A DNA stretch of 64,000 nt from Anthoceros angustus (Eukaryota; Plantae; Anthocerotophyta): assembly GCA_010909165.1 (NCBI GenBank), contig MU008163.1:372001-436000 (forward strand), read 5' to 3'. The translations under genes and the position numbers were made by a program. This document shows positions 1 through 11,477 of this stretch, piece by piece (the stretch's first letter is position 1; every line of letters starts with the position of its first letter). The notes under the pieces were generated by a model. It worked only from the letters and a program-made list of their open reading frames with translations, did not search any database and was not told the origin of the DNA.

Positions 1-142
1 ACAAGACCTACCCCAAGTCTATATATGGGGCCTAGGGCACAAGTTTAATTCCACTGACGATCGTCTCAGGTTGTTGCTTTTTGGAGCGGTTCCGATCTTC
101 CGTGTGGAGCACTTTCGTGTTCATTCGGCACAGGAGTCGGTC

Positions 143-2041
143 ATGGCTCAGGTTCAAGCACAGTCCCCTCAGCCGGTTCCTCAGCCTGGAGCTGCGGCTC
201 TCACTCTGTTCCTGGCCCCTCCTCTCTACGTGGGGGACCTAGAACCCAGTGTGTCCGAAGCTCATCTCTACGAGATCTTCAGGCAGATTGGGGAAATTGT
301 CTCTATTCGAGTCTGTCGTGATGGCATGACCCGACGCTCGCTGGAGTATGCTTATGTGAACTACAGGAGTGCTAACGATGCAATGCGCGCCCTGGATGTC
401 CTGAACTTCACCCCTGTGAGAGGGAAACCTATTCGGATTATGTATTCGAATAGGGACTCTAGTATTCGGAAGAGCGGAGCTGCCAACATCTTCATCAAGA
501 ACCTAGACAAGTCCCTTGATAGCAGAGCTCTCTATGATACATTCATAAACTTCGGGTCAATCCTCTCCTGCAAGGTGGCCACCGATGATTCAGGCCAATC
601 CAGAGGATATGGGTTTGTGCAGTTCGAGCAGGACGAGGATGCCCAAACTGCCATTGTAAACGTGAACGGCATGTTGTTGAAGGACAAGCAAGTGTTTGTG
701 GGCCCGTTTGTGCGGCGTCAGGAGAGGGATCAAGCTAGTGGTGCGTCCAAGTTCAACAATGTCTATGTGAAGAACCTTGCTGAGAGCACAACCGATGAGG
801 AGCTGAGGAAGATCTTTGGAGCTCATGGCAACATTGCCAGTGCTGTCGTAATGCGGGATGTTGAAGGGAAGTCGAAATGCTTTGGGTTTGTCAACTTCGA
901 ACTCGCAGAGGATGCTGCGAGAGCTGTGGCTGAGCTGAATGGAATGCAGTCCGATGATAGGGAGTGGTATGTTGGAAGAGCCCAGAAGAAATCTGAGAGA
1001 GAGGCAGACCTGCGTGCTAAGTTTGAGCGCGAACGGCAGGAGAGGATTGACAAGTACCAGGGTGTGAATCTGTACCTTAAGCACCTGGACGACAACATGG
1101 ATGAAGAGAAGTTGGAAGAGTTGTTTGCAGATTTCGGCACCATAACCTCATGCAAGGTTATGAGAGACCCTCAGGGTAGGAGTAGGGGTTCGGGATTTGT
1201 GGCATTTTCAGCCCCAGAGGAGGCCACCCGTGCGATGTATGAAATGAATGGCCGAATGGTGGGAACAAAGCCCCTGTATGTGGCTTTGGCCCAGCGAAAG
1301 GAAGAGCGCAGGGCAATGTTAACGCAGCAGGCACAATTTGCTCCAATGCGAGCACCAGTTGGAGTTGGTCCTGCTGTGCCAGCTACTAGCATGCCCATGT
1401 ACCATCCTGCCCCTGGATTGGGACAGCAGATCTTCAATGGGCAGCACCCACCTGGGATCATCCCTCCTCAGCCTACGCATGCGCAATTTGGTTGCGAGCA
1501 GCAGATCTTCAATGGGCAGCACCCACCTGGGATCATCCCTCCTCAGCCCACGCATGCGCAATTTGGTTGCGAGCAGCAGATCTTCAATGGGCAGCACCCA
1601 CCTGGGATCATCCCTCCTCAGCCTACGCATGCGCAATTTGGTTGCGAGCAGCAGATCTTCTATGGGCAGCACTCACCTTGGATCATCCCTCCTCAGCCTA
1701 CGCATGCGCAATTTGGTTGCGAGCAGCAGATCTTCAATGGGCAGCACCCACCTGGGATCATCCCTCCTCAGCCTACGCATGCGCAATTTGGTTGCGAGCA
1801 GCAGATCTTCTATGGGCAGCACTCACCTTGGATCATCCCTCCTCAGCCTACGCAGTTTGGTGACCATCAGCAGATGATGAGGATGAGCCATGGTCCTGGA
1901 GAGGCTCAAATGCAGCCTAACTCCTTTGTACCAGTTGCTCAACGGCGCCGACGCCAGCGAGGGAAGCGTGCTGGTGGGGGGAGAGGTACTAGAGCTCCAC
2001 AGCAACAGGCACCACATCAGGAGCACCAACCGCAGCTGTAG
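143..2041 (+). CDS. PAB: Poly(A)-binding protein, class I (4 RRMs), intronless, lacking the C-terminal MLLE/PABC domain; probable retrocopy
   Basis: RRM motifs [48 protein letters not shown] and [19 protein letters not shown] at 143 (MAQVQ). After the Q/P linker the ORF stops at 2041 with no MLLE motif. Confidence 0.9.
   Translation: MAQVQAQSPQPVPQPGAAALTLFLAPPLYVGDLEPSVSEAHLYEIFRQIGEIVSIRVCRDGMTRRSLEYAYVNYRSANDAMRALDVLNFTPVRGKPIRIMYSNRDSSIRKSGAANIFIKNLDKSLDSRALYDTFINFGSILSCKVATDDSGQSRGYGFVQFEQDEDAQTAIVNVNGMLLKDKQVFVGPFVRRQERDQASGASKFNNVYVKNLAESTTDEELRKIFGAHGNIASAVVMRDVEGKSKCFGFVNFELAEDAARAVAELNGMQSDDREWYVGRAQKKSEREADLRAKFERERQERIDKYQGVNLYLKHLDDNMDEEKLEELFADFGTITSCKVMRDPQGRSRGSGFVAFSAPEEATRAMYEMNGRMVGTKPLYVALAQRKEERRAMLTQQAQFAPMRAPVGVGPAVPATSMPMYHPAPGLGQQIFNGQHPPGIIPPQPTHAQFGCEQQIFNGQHPPGIIPPQPTHAQFGCEQQIFNGQHPPGIIPPQPTHAQFGCEQQIFYGQHSPWIIPPQPTHAQFGCEQQIFNGQHPPGIIPPQPTHAQFGCEQQIFYGQHSPWIIPPQPTQFGDHQQMMRMSHGPGEAQMQPNSFVPVAQRRRRQRGKRAGGGRGTRAPQQQAPHQEHQPQL
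1424..1854 (+). repeat. 75-bp coding tandem repeat, ~5.7 copies ([25 protein letters not shown])
   Basis: Units recur at 75-bp spacing; units 4 and 6 share the YGQHSPW variant. Confidence 0.95.
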
Positions 2042-2514
2042 CTGCACCATAACGGGCTCGGCAGTTTTGGGGCGTAACTCGTCTTTTCCACGAGGAAGCC
2101 TGGTCTTCAGAGGTTGGTGGCTGTCCTTGGTGAGTCCTGGCGTATTCTCTTTTCTCAAGGCGCCTTCAGGTCCCTCTGTCACCTGGCTGCCAGCTATGTT
2201 GGTCGGTCACCAAGCAAATCGAGATGCTGGTGGACCAAGAATTTGTTTTTGATCCTGGGTCTTGTCTGTCGTTTAGAACGGGGTCTGGAGGTGGTTGTTG
2301 GACCTTCAGCTTGGGAATTCCATATTTGTATCTGCCCCAGTAATGTGATTCCGTGTTCTCTAAAAAATGGGGCGTAAAGCCCGACCTAACGAGGCCGCTT
2401 GTAGTCCGTGTTCATGATCGACTCAAGCAAAGCAGCAAGTCTATTGGCACCCTCGACAATTTCATTCAAACCGCGCGCCGGGTGAATACAGTGTTGAGTC
2501 TGACTGGGCACGGA

Positions 2515-3232
2515 TCTTCCAGCAGGGGCTTACCTGAAGATCGTGGTCCTTGCAGGCCTACAGCATGTGAAACGGCTAAAAAGAAATCGTGAGCAAGCTA
2601 TGGGATCAGGGCCGTGTCACTGAGGCGGTTGAGGCGTTGGGACTTTTGGTGCACAGAGACTGCTTTGTTTCTACATTTCTGTTTTATCCTGTTTTGTTGA
2701 GAAGTGACTGAACAAGTATATTGTGTTGGGTAGTCCCTTGCATGCTTTCACGGTGGGGTGTGAGTCGGATCCTGCGGATGTATGCTTCCCATGGCAGGTT
2801 GCAAGACCCAATGGATGTGTTTGAAGTGCACGTGGTTGCTGTGCCAGATAGCCTTCATGTGGTGCGGGTTAATCTCGCGCAGAGGCCACACACGAGGGAG
2901 GCCAGCACGCCCAGGTGCTGGCCGCCCTCGTGTGTGGCCTCTGCGCGAGATTACTCCCTTTATAACAGTACCAGTAACAGTGGTCTTCCACAATTTGTGC
3001 GCATGTCAAACACTAGACAAGACAGGCAGGCCATAACACTTCGTCATAGAATGCGCTCCTCAAGTGTGGATCCAGATGGGGATTTGTTTGTGGCAGCGCT
3101 TGCCCTTCAGGCCAGTGCAAGGGGCCCGGACTTGGAACATGGCCAGCAATATGGGTGCATGCTTACTTGCTGGACAGTGATGTGTAGCCCACAGGTTGGT
3201 GAACATGTATAAAAAGCGTGGCAGCTTGGAAG
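2515..3232 (+). pseudogene. Degenerate copy of the 5' part of the PPR gene at 7604-10807
   Basis: Near-identical blocks to ~7735-8370 (acggctaaa..tcgtgagcaagctat..gatcagggccgtgtcactgaggcggttgagg; ILRMYASHGRLQD; LVNMYKKRGSLED) with indels and stops. Confidence 0.85.
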
Positions 3233-3665
3233 ACATATATGTCCAGCTTGTGAAGCTTGGGGCTCAGACAGTGACAGAAGATCAATTTAACATACATATC
3301 TCCCGGTCTTACAGTTGCAAACAATACACTCTTGGAGGTTTAACGAAGAGGGATCAATTCGGGCAATTCCCCATCCTTGACCGTGATCCACTGCCCGAGA
3401 TCTGTAACAGACTAAGTTCCTACGGACTGAAAAACCCAGCAAACGCATTCTGCTAATTGACGAGAACTCTGGCAATCCGATAAGACAGTTCCCCCTGCAC
3501 AGCACAATCATATGTTGCACGGCTTGCAGGTCTTGTCCCTGTCTACAATGCCCACTTCAAACACATCCATCACGTCTTGCAGGACTGCTATCACTGAGGA
3601 AGGCTGGGACGGCAGCACGCACGAAAACATGAAGAGGGATATTTGGAAATACAAAAGTGTGTAAA

Positions 3666-5917
3666 CTACTGCTGTAAAGGGTTGTAGAGGTTGCTGTCAG
3701 AACGAGCTCTCACAGCTCGCACTTCCTCGACGGGTGTGCCTGCCTCATTTCCCACTTCCCGGCCTCGGCGGATGCCTCTGCCTTCGAGAGAGGTCGAGGA
3801 ACTAGAGCCGCCATCTAAGCCGGCCACATGTACACTATCCTGGCCAGCAGGGGTTAGCTGGCTCCCGGGTCGGATTTCCGAAACCCGGGTCTCAAGCTTG
3901 GAGGCCTGCATCATGGTGCTGGCGTCATGCCGCATAAGTCGAAGCACATCAGCCACAGTCTGGCAGCCTCCGACAGACTCCTCAATGTCATAAGTCACCG
4001 CTCCCTGCTTCTGTGTAACCCGCACAATGCTGCTGTTGCCGAACAGGGTGCGAATGTTCCCCAGGATCTCCTGATAAGCACCTGCAAGGAAGATGCCCAT
4101 GTAGTACTTCTTGCCAGGCTGCAAGGGGTGCACCTCCACGTAGTTCTTCTGATCGCCATACAGGTCCCTTCCAGTGAACTTGCGGACCTTGAACTCACTG
4201 TCAGAATTGAGGTCCCACATGATGGCTCGGGTGGTGGGCTCCTCCTCCAGTCGCTGCAGGGGCACAATCGGGAACAGCTGCCCCAAAGACCAGTAGTGTT
4301 GGAGAGATTTGAACACACTCAGATTGATGTTGTAGGTCTCCTTGTGAGTGGGTCCCTCCCAATTGCAGTCTGCCCGAGACGGAGACGACGCTGTATTCGA
4401 CAGTACTGCAGGGTACCTTGAGTGCCTCTCCCTAGCGCTGCCATTCTCTTCACTGCATTCGCCAGTTCTACGTGAAGGCGCCTTATGTGCGCCTCCGTTG
4501 TCATGTACGTTGTATTCCTAAGTACTGCGAGCTGGTACCTTGTCTGCTCCTCCACTGCCAGGACCTCTTCATAAAATGCTGTCCATGGCTGCACGAACCT
4601 CCAAGTTCACAGCTCCGATGTTGAAGAGATTGGTACGCCAGCAGTCTCCCGGACAAGCTTAATCCCCTGGTAGTAGTGGGCGACGGCGTCGGGGCAGTCT
4701 GTACGAATACCCGCACTCAAACGCGGTACAAAACGGAACAGGTTTATGGACGCCACTTCCGCCGGCAGGCCCCTGCGCAGGATCTCCAGCTTCTCCTGAA
4801 ACCCAGCAAGACCTCCGTGGACAACTGATCCCCTGCTGTTGCCTGCAAGCACATCGAATACAAGCACCGAGTGATACGACACCAGGGCCCGCGCAGTCTC
4901 ACAGCACAGAGTGGGCAGCTGCACATTATTCAGCTGGCATCGACCTCGGATGGCCTGAAGCACCACCTCCGCGTACTCCTCCACACAGTACCCAACTGAG
5001 AAGTCCGAGTTCTCGGAATGAGAACCATCTTAGTCCACCCCCAGCCCCCCTCCAATGTGGATGATGCTCATGGAAGCTCCCATCAAAGCCAGCTGGCAGA
5101 AGATGTGTGCCGCCTCACAAACTCCATCCCTCACAGCCCTGAGCCCCGGGATATGCAACCCGAGGCGAAAATGGAGCAGCTGCAAGCAGTCTAGCATGTC
5201 CTCCTCTCTCAGCTTGCGCACCACCCTGACAATCTCCGGAAATGTCAAACCGAACTTGCCATCATCCTCGGAGATCTTCCCCCACTGGCCACCGTGCTTC
5301 CTGCTGAGGTTTGCCCTCAAACCGATGACGGGCTTCACGCCCATGTCCCGGCTGGTTGCCAGCACGATATCCAATTCACGCTCATCCTTCAACACGATGA
5401 GACAGTTGAGCAGCATCTTCCTGGCTGTCAGTGCAAGAGTGATGTACTCTGCGTCCTTATAGCCATTGCAAATCAGGAAAGCTGGGGGGCTGGCCTTGCA
5501 GAGACACGCCATCACTGTCAGAAGTTCCTGCGCGGACCCCGCTTCCAGGCCGTAGCCAAAGTCCCTCCCGCACTCCACGATGTCCTCCAGCATGTGCCGG
5601 TCGGGATTGCACTTCATGGGGAAAACCCCACGGAACACTCCGTTGTAGCTGTGACGGGCCATGGCCTGGACAAAGGCATCGTTCAAAGTCCGAAGCCTGT
5701 GCCTCAGAATCTCCGGGAACTGGACGATGAGGCTCTCCCCGGCTCGTGCTCACGATCTGCTCCACGGCCGCCTGGAGGTCAATCTCCTCTCCTGCATGTA
5801 CTGTATCTCCTTGCCGTGAGGCTGCGCACACGTGCCCCATCTCATTTATTCGGAAGTATGGGGCTCCCCATCCGTCCACGTTGTACGTTCTGCAAGACTT
5901 CGCCACGCCACGCTCCA

Positions 5918-5920
<3 letters not shown>
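3666..5920 (-). pseudogene. ADC: Arginine decarboxylase pseudogene
   Basis: Motifs GWGAPYF, FPMKCN (PLP lysine), GLEAGS, ICNGYKDAEYI, GKFGL, HIGGGLGVD, QLFPIVPLQRL and GAYQE. In-frame stops at 5030-5032 and 4607-4609, frameshifts near 5735 and 4350. The conserved DLTCDSDG reads DLNSDSEF. Confidence 0.88.
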
Positions 5921-6080
<160 letters not shown>

Positions 6081-7603
6081 CGGGCCCATGGCCAGCTGCA
6101 CTCCATGCTCGTGAGGCCATATCACCTTCCTTCCCCGCTATCTAGATCTGTCCTCAGCACACGCACGTGAAACAAACAATGCGATCGCGAGGAAGGCCCG
6201 GGACTGCAGATTAACAGCAACGGGAGGCAGATGGAGGCACAGTCTAGAGCGGGGTGACCAAGGAACACAAAGGCAAAGCAAAAGTGAAGCACAGTACGAG
6301 CTCAAGGAGAAGGCTCAGGCCGGGGCAGATTTACACAACGCGGGAGGGAGGGAGGGGAAGATGGGGAGACGTCGGCGAAAGGGCAGGATAGGCTAGGGCA
6401 GGGCAGGGCACGGAAGTGAGTCAAGTCTGGGTGCGCGGACGTCTCATCCACCTGCTCTAGACTGCACAACGGGCATCTAGATCGGGTTGTGGAATCATTC
6501 CGGCGGGAACGTCTCTAGCCCGCGCTCACAGATCGGGACGCGCGTCTATGGACCAAATTAAAATGATCGCACTCAGTCGGGTCACTGCCGCTATCACGCT
6601 GTATGCACTGTGGTTCCATTGCACCAGGCATCGTCTCTATTCATATGGCTCGCATGTCCCCTGTGTGTGTGCGCTGTGGTGTGGGCTGATTGTAACTCGG
6701 TTCTTCACTCTCGCAAGGACCTTGTCACATGCTTTCGAGCTCCTCAATTGGAGAACCTTGAAATTTTCATAGCACTTTGTGATGGATCTCTAACGCTTAC
6801 CCTCACGACCGATTCGACCTTTTCCAGCAGCGGATCAACACAGTTCCTAAAGTTTGGAACTTTTCATACGAATCATACCTCCAAGAATGGAACCTTAGGC
6901 CTCCCTACAGCTCATGGCTTTTTCTCCGAGCAGCACAGTTTAGAAAGCAAACTTCACCAAACATTTCTTATACGTCGAGTTCTAGAACCAGGTTTTAGGA
7001 CTGCCTTCCACTGCGCAATGCACAAGGTCCTCAGGGTTTGGATGGAATTCGGGGCGGTGATGAATCTGTGAGTACGTCGCCATCCCACTTAATTCGCGAC
7101 CCCGAACTTGAATTACAACTGCGTGAATGGAATGAATGAATAGTGGTGTGAAGATTGAGAATTAAAGCGTGCAGTCGACCGTTGAGAACGATGGTATCTC
7201 CGGTCGAAATCCTAACGACATGACAAAGAGGGATCCATATGGAGATATTCAGTTTTAATGTATATCAAGTTTTTAAGTAACTCAGCACACTGGGATGGTA
7301 TGCCCTAGTTACTTTAGAATACGGCGTGGGTAAGAAGACAATATGTTAGTGTGAACGCGTGAACTGGAAAGTGAAGAATTATACTTGCCTACATATGTAT
7401 ATACCAAAAACCATGTATGCAAATACATACTTATAAAATCACAATATATGTAAAATGTTCCCTGTCTGAATGCTTTGCGCGCGCACAAATCTGCGGTGAG
7501 CGGTCGGGCAGCCACGATTGTCTTCATATTGCTCGATGCCATTGAAATAATCTGAGGGTAACAGGACCCGTGGCAGACTTTACAAAGTGGTGGATTATCG
7601 GGT

Positions 7604-10600
7604 ATGGCAGGGAGGGCTCCGCCTCCCGCTTACCTGACTCCAAGGAATGGATTATTGGCAAACAACGAAGTCGCACGGTGGAGAACACCTTCACCAAATT
7701 TGCCAGGCCCACCAGGTGGATCTCTGACTGGACAAGGATCTTCCAGCATATCCAACTGTAGCTCACCTGAAAATCCTAGCCCTGGTAGGACTGTAGGATG
7801 TGAAAGCGTGGCGACGGCTAAAATCGTGAGCAAGCTATGTGATCAGGGCCGTGTCACTGAGGCGGTTGAGGCTTTGGGAGTGTTGGTGCTGAGAGACTGT
7901 TTTGTTTCTAGGTTTCTGTTTTATCCTGTTATTAAGAAATGTGGAGTGAACAGGAATCTTGTGTTGGGTCGTCGAGTGCATGCTTTCACGGTGAAAGCGG
8001 GGTATGAGTCGGACACGTTCCTGTGCAACCACATTCTGCGGATGTATGCTTCCCATGGCAGGTTGCAAGACGCGATGGATGTGTTTGGAGTGGTTGCTGA
8101 GCCAGATGCCTTTATGTGGTCTTCCATAATTTCTGCGCATGTTAAACACGGACAAGACAGGCAGGCTATAGCACTCTATCATAAAATGCGCAGGTCAAGT
8201 GTGCAGCCAGATGGGCATGTGTTTGTTGCAGCCCTTCAGGCGTGTGCAATAGGCTCAGACTTGGAATATGGGCAGCAGGTGCATGCTGACTTGCTGGCCA
8301 GTGGGTTTGGGGATGATTTGTTTGTCTGTAATTGTCTGGTGAACATGTATGCCAAGTGTGGCAGCCTGGCAGATGCTCAGAGAGTCTTTGATGGACTTGG
8401 ACAGAAAGATGTGGTCACTTGGACTGTCTTGATAGCAGGATATTCGCAGCAGGGCATGGGTCAGGAAGCCCTCCTTCTTTACAGTGCTATGCAAGGGGGA
8501 GGCATGGCTGTACCTGATCTTGTGACGTTTGTGTGCCTCTTGCAGGCATGTGCAAGTGTGGGCACCCCAGCATTAGAGATGGGAAAGGAGCTTCATGGTG
8601 AAATTAGAGAACGAGGACATCTGGCTGATGTGTTTGTAGCCAGCAGCTTGGTGAACATGTATGCAAAGTGTGGCAGCTTGGAAGCTGCTCAGGCAGTGTT
8701 TGACAGAGTTAGCCAAAAACCCGTGGAGACGTGGAATGCCTTGATAGCAGGATATTCCCAGCAGGGGATGGGCCAGAAAGCCCTCTCACTCTACAACGTT
8801 ATGCAGGACGAGGGCATCGCTGTACCCAATTCTGCGACATTTGTGTGTCTCTTGCAGGCATGTGCAAGTGTAGGCACTCCAGCTGCGGAGTCGGGGAAGC
8901 AGCTTCATTCGCAAATCAGAGAACTAGAACTTGAGGCGGATGTGTTTGTAGCCAACAGTTTGGTGAACATGTATTTGAAGTGTGGCAGCTTGGAAGACGC
9001 TCAAAGAGTGTTTGATGGGCTTGTTCAGAAAGATGTGGTGACATGGACGTCGTTAATTGCAGGGTATTCCCAGCAGGGCATGGGTCAAGAAGCCCTTCGT
9101 CTGTACAGCGTCATGCAAGACGAAGGCATCTCTTTACCCAATTCTGTGACCTTTTCGTACCTACTGCAGGCATGTGCAAGTGTTGGCACCCAAGCTTTGG
9201 AGACGGGGAAGCAGCTTCATGCACAAATTAGAGAATCAGGACATGAGGCAGATTTGTTTGTAGCAAACAGTTTGGTAAACATGTATGCAAAGTGTGGTAG
9301 CTTGGACGATGCCCAAAAAATATTTGACGGACTTGGTCAAAAAGATATGGTGACATGGAATTCCCTGATAGGAGGGTACTCCCAGCAGGGCATGGGCCGT
9401 GAAGCCCTTCTTCTCTACAGTGTCATGGAAGAAGAAGGCATTGCTGTACCTGATTCTGTGACATTTGTGTCTCTCCTGCTGGCATGTGCAAGTATGGGCA
9501 CCCCAGCTTTGCAGATGGGGAAGCAGCTCCATGCACAAGTTAGGGAACGAGGACATGAAGCTGATTTGCTTGTAGCTAACAGTTTGGTGAACATGTATGC
9601 AAAGTGCGGCAGCCTAGAAGACGCTCGTAGAGTGTTCGACACACTTGGTGTGAAAGATGTGGTGACCTGGAATGTCATGATAACAGGGTATTCCCAGCAG
9701 GGCATGGGCGAGCACGCCATTCGTGTTTACATTGCGATGCAAGAAGAAGGCATCGCTGTTCCCAATGCTGCGACATTTGTGTGCCTATTGCAGGCATGTG
9801 CAGATGTGGCAGCTCTGCACCTGGGAAGGCAGCTACATGCACAGGTTAACGAACAAGGACTTTCAGCGGATATGTTTGTCGCCAGCAGTTTGATAAACAT
9901 GTATGCAAAGGCCGGCAGCATGGTTGATGCACAGCAGTTGTTTGACATGCTATCTGAAAAGGACGTGGTCGCCTGGAGCACTCTGATTGCAGGCTACACC
10001 TATCAAGGAGACAGTGAAGTGGTCTTTGAATTGGTCCACAGAATGACGGAGGATGGCATACAACCAGTCAGCATCACATTCCTCAGTGTACTATCAGTAT
10101 GCAGTCATGTGGGTTTGGTGAACAAGGGGAGAGAGTACTTTGACTCTATGAGCAGAGATTACGGCATCAGTCCCACAGTGGAGCACTACTCATGCATGGT
10201 AGATCTCCTAGGCCGCGCAGGCCACCTGAATGAGGCACTCACCGTGGCAAGCACAATGCCTGTACAGCCGAACGCTGCAGTTTGGCACACTCTGCTAGGT
10301 GCTTCTCAAAAGTGGAGCAATGTTGAGGTGGGACGCCATGCTTTCGACGAAGCAATGAAGCTGGACATGCATGACGCTGCTGCGCATGTGTTGATATCAA
10401 ACATATACACCGGTGCCCAGATGTGGGAGCAGGCACAGGAGATGCAGGCGAGGAGAAAAGGAATCAGGGCCAGGAAGCAGCCTGGTCAGAGCTGGTGGAC
10501 AGACATGGACGGGCTGGTGCACAGCTTTTTGGTTGGGGATAAGAATCACCCAAAGAGTCAAGTAAGGCTGAAACAATGGTTGTTCAAAATGAACCAAGTA

Positions 10601-10807
10601 AGGAATGCGGCAGACATATCCTGTGATGAAACGGAAGAGCATCTATTCAGGCATAGCGAGAAATTGGCTGTGCCACATGCCAACTGGCTGCACATCACAC
10701 CTGAAGGGACCTCCATAATTCCTTTGAAAAGACAGCGATTTTGTGTTGCCCGTCACATTGCCACTAAGTACGTAAAGAAAGGACTCTCAGCTGCTGAAGA
10801 TGCATGA
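7604..10807 (+). CDS. PLS-class pentatricopeptide repeat protein with E/E+ region and a degenerate DYW-type deaminase domain (organelle RNA-editing factor family)
   Basis: Intronless 1067 aa. Repeated P-L-S triplets (LVNMYAKCGSL, DVVTW..LIAGYSQQG, P..VTFVCLLQACA), HYSCMVDLLGRAG, KQPGQSWW and HSEKLA. CxxC reads CVARH and there is no terminal DYW. Confidence 0.93.
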   Translation: MAGRAPPPAYLTPRNGLLANNEVARWRTPSPNLPGPPGGSLTGQGSSSISNCSSPENPSPGRTVGCESVATAKIVSKLCDQGRVTEAVEALGVLVLRDCFVSRFLFYPVIKKCGVNRNLVLGRRVHAFTVKAGYESDTFLCNHILRMYASHGRLQDAMDVFGVVAEPDAFMWSSIISAHVKHGQDRQAIALYHKMRRSSVQPDGHVFVAALQACAIGSDLEYGQQVHADLLASGFGDDLFVCNCLVNMYAKCGSLADAQRVFDGLGQKDVVTWTVLIAGYSQQGMGQEALLLYSAMQGGGMAVPDLVTFVCLLQACASVGTPALEMGKELHGEIRERGHLADVFVASSLVNMYAKCGSLEAAQAVFDRVSQKPVETWNALIAGYSQQGMGQKALSLYNVMQDEGIAVPNSATFVCLLQACASVGTPAAESGKQLHSQIRELELEADVFVANSLVNMYLKCGSLEDAQRVFDGLVQKDVVTWTSLIAGYSQQGMGQEALRLYSVMQDEGISLPNSVTFSYLLQACASVGTQALETGKQLHAQIRESGHEADLFVANSLVNMYAKCGSLDDAQKIFDGLGQKDMVTWNSLIGGYSQQGMGREALLLYSVMEEEGIAVPDSVTFVSLLLACASMGTPALQMGKQLHAQVRERGHEADLLVANSLVNMYAKCGSLEDARRVFDTLGVKDVVTWNVMITGYSQQGMGEHAIRVYIAMQEEGIAVPNAATFVCLLQACADVAALHLGRQLHAQVNEQGLSADMFVASSLINMYAKAGSMVDAQQLFDMLSEKDVVAWSTLIAGYTYQGDSEVVFELVHRMTEDGIQPVSITFLSVLSVCSHVGLVNKGREYFDSMSRDYGISPTVEHYSCMVDLLGRAGHLNEALTVASTMPVQPNAAVWHTLLGASQKWSNVEVGRHAFDEAMKLDMHDAAAHVLISNIYTGAQMWEQAQEMQARRKGIRARKQPGQSWWTDMDGLVHSFLVGDKNHPKSQVRLKQWLFKMNQVRNAADISCDETEEHLFRHSEKLAVPHANWLHITPEGTSIIPLKRQRFCVARHIATKYVKKGLSAAEDA

Positions 10808-11477
10808 AGATAAATTCTCCATTCCACGTCTCTGCAACCTTCCCTTGAACCTGGAAGACTCAGCTGGGAACATCTTGGCATAAGCACTGTTCGGCAACAC
10901 TTTTCCGGCTTCATGAATCCTATCAGATAACAACCCTTTCCCTCCCTTGCAACGACGTGCAGTGCGGCATGCATTTGCCAGAGGGAAAACACGAACGTGG
11001 GGTCATGTGTATGTACTGTGGAGTATGAAAAATTTGTGCAAGACGCCAGGTGCTGTCGGCTGGGTGGAGGACACCATAGCTCTAATCAAGATGCCATCGT
11101 ATTAGCATCTTTCCCCACACCTGTCGGCTCCAAAACCTGTCCGGAAGTCAGGGTGTCACAAGCATGAAGTGTCACACGCACAGTCCGCCACTGCGGAAGC
11201 CTCTGGTTCGAATACGGTGATTTGGTGTAACCACGGCAGCATTGCCACTTGTTGCAATGCAACAGGAAAAGGCCATGTTCGTCAGGGGGATCGCACTGAG
11301 CCGTGTGCTATATTTGCTCCTAGACGGGCGGAGAGGAAGCAGTGCAGCTTTGGCTTGGCCTTGGAGAAGTGAGAAAGCCTGCGGAACTCTTCCTCCTCTC
11401 GTGTCCCGTTGCATTGCAAGTTCCACATAGCAGGAACCACACTGCAGATTTCGAGGACGCTCCGATTCAGGCACACA

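Noticed and set aside
4607-5032. In-frame stops in ADC as U-to-C editing sites or recoded codons
   Set aside because: Such editing is organellar. The TAA replaces a Tyr codon and editing would give Gln. The gene also has frameshifts and has lost the conserved Cys motif.
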